From an uncultured Candidatus Saccharibacteria bacterium (GTDB lineage: Bacteria > Patescibacteriota > Saccharimonadia > Saccharimonadales > CAYTTW01), in NCBI GenBank assembly GCA_964441005.1, contig CAYTTW010000001.1, positions 1 to 36,487 of the forward strand: 36,487 bases of DNA, written 5' to 3'. The position numbers were made by a program, and so were the translations under genes. This document shows positions 26,195 to 34,189 of the stretch, in pieces. Within the stretch, counting starts at the first letter, position 1. The number at the start of each line of letters is the position of its first letter. The notes beneath the pieces were generated by a model, which made no database searches, was not told where the DNA came from, and saw nothing but the letters and a program-made list of their open reading frames with translations.

Positions 26195-27478
26195 ATGCTG
26201 ATTAAACCTGGGCAAGGTGCATCGGAAGGGCAATCGTCGGTTCAGCCAGAGGCCAGAGCTGACCAATCAGTGGAGCGTTTCGGAAGCTTTGGCACGAGTG
26301 ACACCAGTCATCTACCCACCGATTTGCGAGAACAAGCGGTTGCTGGCCCCGATGCCGAAATTGTGGATCTACGAACCAGGAGTGACGAACCAGAAGTGGC
26401 AATCAGTGCTGATGAACAGTCAGCAAGTACACTCCCTGAAACATTTACTCCGGCAGAAGATGTGGCGGCACTACCAGCTGTCGCCGATCAGCCAGAAATA
26501 ACGCCCAGGGCATTACCCCCTCGCCTCGCAGCCCGGCCACGACCAAGCTCTCGTCCAGAGCTGGTTATTCCACCGACCGACGTGGTGACGGCTGTACAAC
26601 GCATGATTGATACCATTTTGATTGAAACCGGTATCGATCCGCATATTCATGAAGTTGAAGTTTTGCGTGAACAAGCGGAATTGCTGGCGCGGGGACGCGA
26701 TACCGAATTAACTAACCGTGCCCCAAACCTTCGTGAGCGCATTCGACCCACCTCAGTTGGTCAAAATCAGCAACGCCTCGAAACGACTCAGGCCTATGCA
26801 GTAATTGACACGCTGTTTGAAAGTCGGGACAAAAGTCAGTTAGCCGCCATAGATAAAGTTATTCAACGCACAGACCTAATGCACAATAGCGATATTAAGA
26901 TGTTACCAACGGTCGACGGGGATGGAAAGTTATATTTGTTGAGTGACGAAGGCGTTGCCAAAGTACGGGCTAGTCGAACAGTTTTACGAGACGCCAGACG
27001 ATTGTCATTTGACGGCCAGGAAGTTCAGCCCGCGGCCACATCCGAAGACATAGAAACAGCTCCCGACAGTATGGTCGAGACGATCATAATTGCTGATCCA
27101 GATAGTAGCGGCACGCTTTTGCAGCTACGCCCATCGCTTGTTAGTGTGGAAGTCGACCAAGTAGTCGTTGGCAATCTCACACGTATTAACGCCGTGGCAC
27201 TAACAGCCATTGGTCTAGCGGCTGTCTTGGTGGCTGATGCCGAGCGCCGGAATGAGCTCATTAAATCATTTAGGAATGACAACCAGACCATTAATGTTGA
27301 TAGGGTAGCAGAGGCTATTGCCAGTTTACTCGATCAACAAGGTCCGGATAGCGTCTTGCAGAGCCATCAACGCACACTCGGCGTGATCTATCCTGATTCT
27401 GGACCTATTGCGCCAAATGCTTTGCCGACCAATGCTGCGGAACTTGAAAGTGGTGATACCGCACCGGAAGCTGAATAA
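26195..27478 (+). CDS. Acidic hypothetical protein (427 aa) with a disordered-looking N-terminal third and one hydrophobic segment near the C-terminus
   Basis: The SD AAAGGA lies 7 nt upstream. The first ~130 aa are rich in E/D/P/A/S. A hydrophobic stretch (INAVALTAIGLAAVLVA) may be a TM segment. No recognisable motif. Confidence 0.75.
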   Translation: MLIKPGQGASEGQSSVQPEARADQSVERFGSFGTSDTSHLPTDLREQAVAGPDAEIVDLRTRSDEPEVAISADEQSASTLPETFTPAEDVAALPAVADQPEITPRALPPRLAARPRPSSRPELVIPPTDVVTAVQRMIDTILIETGIDPHIHEVEVLREQAELLARGRDTELTNRAPNLRERIRPTSVGQNQQRLETTQAYAVIDTLFESRDKSQLAAIDKVIQRTDLMHNSDIKMLPTVDGDGKLYLLSDEGVAKVRASRTVLRDARRLSFDGQEVQPAATSEDIETAPDSMVETIIIADPDSSGTLLQLRPSLVSVEVDQVVVGNLTRINAVALTAIGLAAVLVADAERRNELIKSFRNDNQTINVDRVAEAIASLLDQQGPDSVLQSHQRTLGVIYPDSGPIAPNALPTNAAELESGDTAPEAE

Positions 27479-27537
27479 TTATTTGACAGTTTAATTGCTT
27501 GGTGGTAAAACACATCAAGCATCATAAGGAGGACATT

Positions 27538-28362
27538 ATGGCTCAAGGTGGAGATCGCCCAGGTGGGTTTATGCATGACCCAGTCGAATCAATGGCTCAG
27601 GCACGTTCCAACCCAAATAATCGAGGTGGACTCATTTCTAAAGGACGTGTATTGACCGCCGCCGCGGTAGTTGTGGCGGGTGGATTTATAGCGAAAGGGA
27701 CTATTTTTGATTCTCACCCTGCCCATCGCCCTCATAACATTGCCCTCAGTCCAACGACGACCGCGCCGGCAACAACTTTGGAACTTCCATCATCAACAAC
27801 CTCACAAGCTCCCGAAACCACCACTAGTGCTGCCCCAACCACCTCAACGGTAGAAGTTCCCCGGACAGTGGTTAGCGTCAAGACAGTTGTGGTAACCGAC
27901 CCTAATACCGCCAAGCAACTGAAAGAAGCGCAAGATCAGCTAGCTGCCCAGGATCAGGCGAAGAAGAAAGCTGATCAAGATCAACTGAACGCTGAGAATG
28001 CCCGAAAACAAGCCGAGGCCGACAAGCTAGCCAAGCGCAAGCAACAGTGTGCTGATCTGGCCAAAGTTGCCCTGCCAGAACCACCCAAGGATGATCACCA
28101 GGACTTCGTGTGGGATCTCAGTAATACCGGTGACGGCGTTGATCCCTCTACCAAAGAAGAAGGAGCCGATGGCTATCGCTACGATCCTAATCCACCAAAT
28201 ACCTCAGAGTATTACCAACATAAAAATCCCAAATACGATACTTACGACACTAATTGTTATGATGTCGGTGGGCATAAGTTCATCGTGGTTGACTGGCTAG
28301 CCGATAATCAGCGTAATCCATATATGCCGCCGGCAACTACCACCACAACTGTTGGTAAGTAA
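27538..28362 (+). CDS. Bitopic membrane protein with Thr/Ser-rich stalk, coiled-coil segment and Tyr/Asp/Asn-rich C-terminal module (274 aa)
   Basis: A strong SD, AAGGAGG (27524-27530), lies 7 nt before the ATG at 27538; the track start at 27499 lacks one. TM segment VLTAAAVVVAGGFIA, stalk TTTAPATTLELPSSTTSQAPETTTSAAPTTST, coiled-coil-like KQLKEAQDQLAAQDQAKKKADQDQLNAENARKQAEADKLAKRK. Confidence 0.75.
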   Translation: MAQGGDRPGGFMHDPVESMAQARSNPNNRGGLISKGRVLTAAAVVVAGGFIAKGTIFDSHPAHRPHNIALSPTTTAPATTLELPSSTTSQAPETTTSAAPTTSTVEVPRTVVSVKTVVVTDPNTAKQLKEAQDQLAAQDQAKKKADQDQLNAENARKQAEADKLAKRKQQCADLAKVALPEPPKDDHQDFVWDLSNTGDGVDPSTKEEGADGYRYDPNPPNTSEYYQHKNPKYDTYDTNCYDVGGHKFIVVDWLADNQRNPYMPPATTTTTVGK

Positions 28363-28394
28363 ATTTCTCGATATCAATCTGTCATACTTATAGC

Positions 28395-29900
28395 GTGACG
28401 GAGAAGTTGGAAAAAAAGTTAGCCGAGCTGCCCAAAAACCCTGGCGTCTATTTTCATAAAGATGCCCGAGGGCATGTCTTATATATTGGTAAAGCGGCGA
28501 GCCTGCGCAACCGCGTGCGACAGTATTTCCAAAAAAGCCGCAACCGCGATCCCAAAACTGAGGCGCTGGTAGCCGAAATTGCCGACGTTGACTGGATTAC
28601 GGTGGAGAGCGAAGTCGATGCCCTATTTTTGGAAGCCGAAATGGTGCGACGCTATCTGCCGCCGTATAACATCTTGCTGCGTGATGATAAAAGCAGCACC
28701 TTTGTGCGCATTAATATTCGGGACCCACACCCCACAGTAACCCTGACGCGCCGACCTCTGGACGACGGGGCTGAGTACTATGGACCCTTCTTTATGGCCT
28801 CGGCGGTCAAACGGGCCCTCAAGTATTTACGCCGAGCTTTTCCGTACTCCACACATATCACGTCGATTCCGAAGCGAGCTTGTCTGCTCTATCACCTAGG
28901 ACTCTGCCCCGGCATTGAAGAAAATAAAACCAGTCTGGCTGACTACCGCGCCAATTTACGTAAGCTGGTGGCTTACTTGAAGGGCGAACGCGTCAAGCTA
29001 GTAAAACAGCTGGAAAAAGAAATGAAACAACTAGCCAAAAACAAGCAATTTGAAACCGCTGCGCAAGTGCGCAACCAGCTGTTTGCCTTAAGGGGTTTGA
29101 GCAAGCAAATCTTATTTTCAGACAGCGAGTTTATGGACATTAGCAAGGACCAAGGTCTGAATGGACTGGCCGATATGCTGGGCCTCAAAGATGTGCCACG
29201 CGTTATCGAGGGCTATGACATTAGCCACATGCAGGGGACCGACAATGTGGCTAGTATGGTGGTATTCACCAACGGCATCCCCAATAAAGCCAAGTACCGT
29301 AAGTTTAAGCTACGGATTCCTGGCAATGACGACTTTGCGCACATGCACGAGGCCATTACGCGGCGGCTAGCTGAAAAGCATCGCCAGGATTGGGGCGTGC
29401 CTGATCTGTTATTAATCGATGGCGGGAAAGGACAGCTGGCGGCGGCGATTAACGCCCGGAATGAAGCTGGCCTGAACATTCCAATGATTGGCCTAGCCAA
29501 GCGCGAAGAAGAAATTGTCGTGCACCTAGAAAAATCAAATGTCGTCCTCAACCACCAAGCCCTCCATAAAGCCAACGCCCTGCTTACCGATAGTGATGTA
29601 TTCACGCGCATTCTGCTGCCCAAGCAATCACATGTTGTGAAGTTACTACAGCGGATTCGTGATGAATCACACCGCTTTGCGGTCAGTTACCACAGCGTGC
29701 TCAAGACCAAGCGCCAAACCAGTAGCCTGCTCGATGAAATTCCGACCATTGGCCCTGCTACCCGCAAGAAGTTACTCCGTACTTTTGGTTCGATGCGCGG
29801 TCTAGTACAAGCCAGGCAAGAGGAAGTGGAGCGACTCGTTGGGATCAAAAAAGCGACTATTCTACGACAATACTTACGCACTTACCGTCGCGACAGTTAA
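28395..29900 (+). CDS. uvrC: Excinuclease ABC subunit C (compact, 501 aa)
   Basis: GIY-YIG motif (PGVYFHKDARGHVLYIGKA..RNRVRQYF), UVR domain (LEKEMKQLAKNKQFETAAQVRNQLFAL), endonuclease V-like domain (IEGYDISHMQG), C-terminal HhH. It is about 100 aa shorter than typical ~600-aa UvrC proteins. The GTG start is only 32 nt after the preceding gene. Confidence 0.93.
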   Translation: MTEKLEKKLAELPKNPGVYFHKDARGHVLYIGKAASLRNRVRQYFQKSRNRDPKTEALVAEIADVDWITVESEVDALFLEAEMVRRYLPPYNILLRDDKSSTFVRINIRDPHPTVTLTRRPLDDGAEYYGPFFMASAVKRALKYLRRAFPYSTHITSIPKRACLLYHLGLCPGIEENKTSLADYRANLRKLVAYLKGERVKLVKQLEKEMKQLAKNKQFETAAQVRNQLFALRGLSKQILFSDSEFMDISKDQGLNGLADMLGLKDVPRVIEGYDISHMQGTDNVASMVVFTNGIPNKAKYRKFKLRIPGNDDFAHMHEAITRRLAEKHRQDWGVPDLLLIDGGKGQLAAAINARNEAGLNIPMIGLAKREEEIVVHLEKSNVVLNHQALHKANALLTDSDVFTRILLPKQSHVVKLLQRIRDESHRFAVSYHSVLKTKRQTSSLLDEIPTIGPATRKKLLRTFGSMRGLVQARQEEVERLVGIKKATILRQYLRTYRRDS

Positions 29901-30007
29901 CCACAGCTTTACTCCTGTAAGTCAAACTTAAGCTCAATTAATTGTTTTGACAAACGCAAAAATTGAGTATTGAATGGATTTTTGGTGATAATCGTTGAGG
30001 AGACAGT

Positions 30008-30316
30008 ATGGGCAGATTCAAGAACGCATTGAGAATAGTTGGTGTGCCAGTGGGAGTGGCGGGGATGTTTGTTGGCGGGATTAACGGTTATAAACAAGAG
30101 CAGCATTCGACGGTTGCCCGTGGTGAAGGGGGCGATGTGGGCACCGTGATCGAGTATGGCTTGCGAGATCAGCCACGTATTATTGGGCATTGGGTCTTAC
30201 AAGATACTCATATCAATAAACCTGGTGAATTAAATCGTCGTAATGCCGGCACAGAAGAGTTAGTTTTTGCATTGAGTTTAGTGGTGCTGGGTGCAGCCAT
30301 TCGCTCCGAAGACTAA
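30008..30316 (+). CDS. Small hypothetical membrane protein (102 aa)
   Basis: GAGGAG lies 6 nt upstream of the ATG. There are hydrophobic segments at the N-terminus (IVGVPVGVAGMFVGGI) and C-terminus (LVFALSLVVLGAAI). I prefer it over the overlapping antisense ORF 29909..30190, which has no SD. Confidence 0.6.
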   Translation: MGRFKNALRIVGVPVGVAGMFVGGINGYKQEQHSTVARGEGGDVGTVIEYGLRDQPRIIGHWVLQDTHINKPGELNRRNAGTEELVFALSLVVLGAAIRSED

Positions 30317-30345
30317 ATTACGAGTCGAGAGGTTGAGATGTTACT

Positions 30346-30354
30346 TGCTATACT
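30346..30354 (+). promoter_or_regulatory. Extended -10 element (TGCTATACT) 6 nt upstream of the aminopeptidase ATG
   Basis: TGCTATACT at 30346-30354, ATG at 30361, no SD in between. It is the same 9-mer as upstream of sbcB. Confidence 0.45.
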
Positions 30355-30360
30355 GAGCCG

Positions 30361-31584
30361 ATGGCTTCTTTCTTTTCGGCGGCTTTTTTTCAGCGTAACC
30401 GCGACAAACTGAAAGCTCAAACGGCCGTGCGGCCAATTATTATTACCGCCACCAGCCCGCTGCAGCGCAATGGCGATAACACTTATCCGTTTCGCCAAGA
30501 TAGTAATTTTTGGTATCTCACTGGTATTGATGATCCGGCCGTCATTTTAGTCATTGACGATAATAACGAGTATCTGATTGTGCCCGACCTCACCTTTGAG
30601 CGAGTGGCCTTTGACGGTGCCATTGAAAAGCAACATGTCAGCGAGCGCTCGGGCATTAAAGCAGTATACGAAGAATCGCCCGGGTGGGAACGATTAACCA
30701 AAGAGCTCGACCGCGCTAAAGACGCGGCCACTCTGTTGTCGCCAGATGTCTACGATCAGCGGCATGGTTTTTATACCAATCCCAGCAGACGCGTCTTTAT
30801 TGAAAAGTTAAAAGACATTAACCCCCAGGTGCAACTGGTTGATTTGCGGATCGATATGGCGCGACTGCGGATGGTAAAACAAACCGCAGAGTTAAAAGCT
30901 ATCCAAGAGGCAATTACCATTACAGAGGCTACGCTTCAAGAAATTTTTGCTCAGCGCCAAAGCTATAAGCATGAGTACGAAATTGAAGCCGATCTGATTG
31001 CCGGCTTTCGTCGTCGAGGTGCCATGGGCAATGCCTTTGCCTCCATTGTAGCCAGCGGTCGTAATGCCGCCACCATACACTGGCAGGCTAATAATAGTCC
31101 GCTTGATCCGCAGGGTCTGCTCTGTCTGGACGTTGGGGCGGAAGTTGAAAATTATGCCGCAGACATTACCCGGACCATTGCTCTTGGTAAACCGAGCCAG
31201 CGCCAACAGGCAGTATACGATGCTGTCAAACGAGTGCATCAACAGAGCCTGCAAAACCTACGACCAGGCGTGAGCTTGATTGATAACGAACGGGCGACTG
31301 AGCAGTGGATGGGGAAAGAGTTGCGGAAGCTTGGTCTGATAAAAAAGCTAGAACACGCCGAAATTCGGCATTACTATCCTCACGCTACCTCACACTTTCT
31401 GGGTCTTGATCCACACGATGCTGGCGATTACGAGCAACCACTTGAGGCCAATATGGTTGTTACCGTGGAGCCGGGTATCTATATTCCTGAGGAAGGTATC
31501 GGGGTACGCATTGAAGATGACATATTGATCACCAAAAATGGCACGAAGGTATTATCCACCGGCTTGCCGCACTCCTTACTCTAA
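30361..31584 (+). CDS. pepP: Xaa-Pro aminopeptidase (peptidase M24B)
   Basis: An M24B N-terminal domain is followed by a pita-bread fold. Metal ligands sit in the expected contexts (LCLDVGAEVENYAADITRT, HATSHFLGLDPHD, VEPGIYIPE, GVRIEDD). Confidence 0.9.
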   Translation: MASFFSAAFFQRNRDKLKAQTAVRPIIITATSPLQRNGDNTYPFRQDSNFWYLTGIDDPAVILVIDDNNEYLIVPDLTFERVAFDGAIEKQHVSERSGIKAVYEESPGWERLTKELDRAKDAATLLSPDVYDQRHGFYTNPSRRVFIEKLKDINPQVQLVDLRIDMARLRMVKQTAELKAIQEAITITEATLQEIFAQRQSYKHEYEIEADLIAGFRRRGAMGNAFASIVASGRNAATIHWQANNSPLDPQGLLCLDVGAEVENYAADITRTIALGKPSQRQQAVYDAVKRVHQQSLQNLRPGVSLIDNERATEQWMGKELRKLGLIKKLEHAEIRHYYPHATSHFLGLDPHDAGDYEQPLEANMVVTVEPGIYIPEEGIGVRIEDDILITKNGTKVLSTGLPHSLL

Positions 31585-31607
31585 CCTACAATACAAGTAT
31601 TCTGCTT

Positions 31608-31976
31608 ATGAAAATGAAAAGTCCCATTAGTCGATTCCTGGTGCGCTGGTTTGTGAGTAGCCTTGGCCTCTGGATTGCGGCTGGCATTTTGGGCAACGGC
31701 ATTAGCTATGATAGCCGCATTGGCGTCATCATTGTGGCCGGGTTTGTCCTGGCCATCCTCAATGCCTTACTGAAGCCACTAATTATTATTTTGTCCTTAC
31801 CAGCAATTTTATTTAGCCTGGGCCTATTCATGATCATAATTAATGGCTTGATGGTGTTGCTGGCCAGCAAACTCTATACTGAACTACACGTCACCAATTT
31901 TGGAGCGGCCATGCTTGCCGGCATGATCATCGGATTGGTAAACTATTTAGTAACGACCATTTTGGAGGAACGATGA
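31608..31976 (+). CDS. Phage-holin-4-family (YvlD-like) membrane protein
   Basis: Four hydrophobic helices with the family-typical LNALLKPLIIILSLPAILFSLGLFMIIINGLMVLLA core. Its stop overlaps the secG start (ATGA). Confidence 0.8.
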   Translation: MKMKSPISRFLVRWFVSSLGLWIAAGILGNGISYDSRIGVIIVAGFVLAILNALLKPLIIILSLPAILFSLGLFMIIINGLMVLLASKLYTELHVTNFGAAMLAGMIIGLVNYLVTTILEER

Positions 31977-32185
31977 GTATTTTTAACTACCTGGCAATGG
32001 GATCCATGCTACTGATGTCAATCTTAATCTTGATACAGACCCGCGGGGCCTCGCTCGGCGCGGGACTCGGGAGCGGCGGTGAAGTCAACACCGTACGCCG
32101 CGGAGCCGACAAAACAATTCACCAGCTGACCATCTTGCTCGCTTTCATTTTTGCCTTGTCATTATTGCTTGGTGTAATTGCCTAG
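31973..32185 (+). CDS. secG: Preprotein translocase subunit SecG
   Basis: 70 aa with two TM helices flanking a Gly-rich loop (QTRGASLGAGLGSGGE...RRGADK). GGAGG lies 4 nt upstream. Confidence 0.8.
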   Translation: MSIFNYLAMGSMLLMSILILIQTRGASLGAGLGSGGEVNTVRRGADKTIHQLTILLAFIFALSLLLGVIA

Positions 32186-32199
32186 CCGAATACTAGCCG

Positions 32200-33975
32200 A
32201 TGATTGACCGAACGACTCGCTTGCGTTGGCGACGACGGTACCGTAAGGGTAGGCGTCAGGTTGAGGATATTGGTCAGCAGGCCGAGCAGCAACTGGAGCG
32301 CCATCTCATCCGGCGTCTTAGCCGCCTCTGGGAAGTGCGGCGCTTTATTATCGCCTGGATTTTACTGCTAGCGCTGCTGAGCGGCGGGGTGGTTATGCAG
32401 ACGCGGGCGCTCAGCCAGTACTATCAAACGCTTCAGCCAATTCCCGGTGGCACGTACACCGAGGGTATTCTGGGTTCATTTACGGATGCCAACCCGCTCT
32501 ATGCCACTGGTACGGTGGATAGCTCGGTAGCGCGCTTAGTGTTTGCGGGCTTATTTAAGTACGACGCCAAGAACCAGCTGGTTGGTGATCTCGCGCAAAA
32601 GTGGTCAGTGGACGGCACTGGCAAGATCTACACCGTCAAATTGAAACCCAATTTACGCTGGCAAGATGGCAAGCCACTGACGGCGGCCGATGTGGTCTTT
32701 ACCTACAAGGTCATTCAGAACCCCGATGCCAAGTCGGCTCTGGCCAGCAGCTGGCAAGGCATTGACGTCAGTGCGCCCGATGCCGGGACGGTTAAATTTG
32801 TCCTGCCCAATGCCTTAGTGTCTTTTCCGTACTCCATGACCAACGGGCTCATTCCCGAGCATTTATTGAGTGGCTTGCCGCTCGCCCAGCTGCGCTCGGT
32901 CAGTTTTAATACTACGCATCCCGTGGGCGCTGGCCCGTTCAAATGGGAAACCATAGAAGTCAGTGGCGATACGCCAGAAACGCGAGAAGAACGCCTGGCC
33001 CTGCTGCCAAATGAACTATACGTTGGTGGCATGCCCAAACTTGGTCGGTTTGTCATCCGCGCTATTCATAACGACAAACAACTCATCACCAGCTTTCGCA
33101 ACCAAGAGCTCAACGCCGCGGTCGGCCTAGAGCAAGTGCCGGACAATCTGTCTAAGGATGTGCAAGATTACAACTTGCCACTCACCAGTGAGGTGATGGT
33201 CTTTTTGAAAAATTCTCAGGAAATTTTGAGCGACGTACGGGTGCGGCAAGCGCTGGTCAAGGCCACCGATGTTAACGAAGTCGTTCGTAGCCTCGGCTAT
33301 CCGGTCATTAGCGCCCGCGAGCCCTTTTTGCATAATCAGGCTGGCTTTACCACTGCTGTGCAGCAATTTAGCACAAACGTAAATGAGGCCAATAAACTAC
33401 TCGATGATGCTGGCTGGAGTATGGGCGCAGATGGGGTACGTCATAAGGATAAGCACACTCTTAGTTTCCGGCTCTATACCGAAAGCACCAGCGAGTACGC
33501 CCTGGTCAGCCAGATCCTGCAACGCCAGTGGCGCGCGGTCGGTGTAGATGCCCAGGTTTTATTGCAACCAGGCAGTGATCTGCAGAGTAGCATTGCCTTT
33601 CATACTTATGACGCTCTGTTGTACGGCATTTCAATTGGTCCGGATTCGGATATTTTTGCGTACTGGCATAGCTCACAGGCCGACCTACGATCACCCAATC
33701 GGCTCAATTTCTCCGAGTACAAATCCAAAACCGCCGATCAAGCCCTCGAAGCAGGCCGGACGCGTTCCGATACTGCCCTACGAACTGTTAAATACAAAGC
33801 CTTTTTGGACGCTTGGCGTAATGATGCGCCGGCCATTGTGCTCTATCAGCCGCGCTTCTTGTATCTTACCCACGGCAGCGTGTTTGGCTTATCGGCCAAC
33901 ACCATCAATACTGGCCCTGATCGCTTTTCTAATGTTGAAAACTGGATGATCCGCCAGGCCAAAACCACCAAGTAG
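32200..33975 (+). CDS. Family-5 (peptide/nickel type) ABC substrate-binding protein with Arg-rich N-terminal extension and TM anchor
   Basis: SBP_bac_5-like core (VKLKPNLRWQDGKPLTAADVVFTYK, etc.). It is preceded by RLRWRRRYRKGRRQ..., a ~55-aa charged segment, and a TM segment (FIIAWILLLALLSGGVVM). Confidence 0.85.
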   Translation: MIDRTTRLRWRRRYRKGRRQVEDIGQQAEQQLERHLIRRLSRLWEVRRFIIAWILLLALLSGGVVMQTRALSQYYQTLQPIPGGTYTEGILGSFTDANPLYATGTVDSSVARLVFAGLFKYDAKNQLVGDLAQKWSVDGTGKIYTVKLKPNLRWQDGKPLTAADVVFTYKVIQNPDAKSALASSWQGIDVSAPDAGTVKFVLPNALVSFPYSMTNGLIPEHLLSGLPLAQLRSVSFNTTHPVGAGPFKWETIEVSGDTPETREERLALLPNELYVGGMPKLGRFVIRAIHNDKQLITSFRNQELNAAVGLEQVPDNLSKDVQDYNLPLTSEVMVFLKNSQEILSDVRVRQALVKATDVNEVVRSLGYPVISAREPFLHNQAGFTTAVQQFSTNVNEANKLLDDAGWSMGADGVRHKDKHTLSFRLYTESTSEYALVSQILQRQWRAVGVDAQVLLQPGSDLQSSIAFHTYDALLYGISIGPDSDIFAYWHSSQADLRSPNRLNFSEYKSKTADQALEAGRTRSDTALRTVKYKAFLDAWRNDAPAIVLYQPRFLYLTHGSVFGLSANTINTGPDRFSNVENWMIRQAKTTK

Positions 33976-34016
33976 CACTTTGCCAAGAGGTGTAGTAGAA
34001 TTTGGAAGATTCATCC

Positions 34017-34103
34017 GGGCGAATGGCGGAATTGGTAGACGCGCTAGCTTCAGGAGCTAGTGAGCGCAAGCTCATGGAGGTTCAAGTCCTCTTTCGCCCA
34101 CCA
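34017..34103 (+). tRNA. tRNA-Leu (anticodon CAG), CCA encoded
   Basis: Acceptor GGGCGAA/TTCGCCC. Anticodon arm CTAGC-TTCAGGA-GCTAG. Long variable arm (TGAGCGCAAGCTCAT). T-arm GGAGG-TTCAAGT-CCTCT. Terminal ACCA. Confidence 0.93.
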
Positions 34104-34137
34104 GCATAAAGGAGCAACACCAGGTGCTCCTTTATGC
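34104..34137 (+). terminator. Perfect 13-bp hairpin immediately 3' of tRNA-Leu (terminator or processing structure)
   Basis: GCATAAAGGAGCA (34104-34116), loop ACACCAGG, TGCTCCTTTATGC (34125-34137). No U-tract follows, so intrinsic-terminator function is uncertain. Confidence 0.5.
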
Positions 34138-34189
34138 TATGATGACTGGTGAAATTGACCAACAAATGAGGGGTTAAAAAGCGGCAAGC

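Noticed and set aside
13426-28362. Gram-positive type IV secretion/conjugation cluster, suggested by the dual-hydrolase protein and VirB8-like bitopic architectures
   Set aside because: No VirB4- or VirD4-type P-loop ATPase, relaxase, or polytopic VirB6-like protein is present. By eye I found no GxxxxGK[ST] motif in any island ORF. The analogy is kept only as context for the hydrolase.
31608-31976. Holin-family gene as a sign of a prophage or lysis cassette
   Set aside because: No endolysin, terminase, capsid, tail or integrase genes are adjacent. The gene overlaps secG by ATGA and sits among housekeeping genes. This family is widespread as a chromosomal membrane protein.
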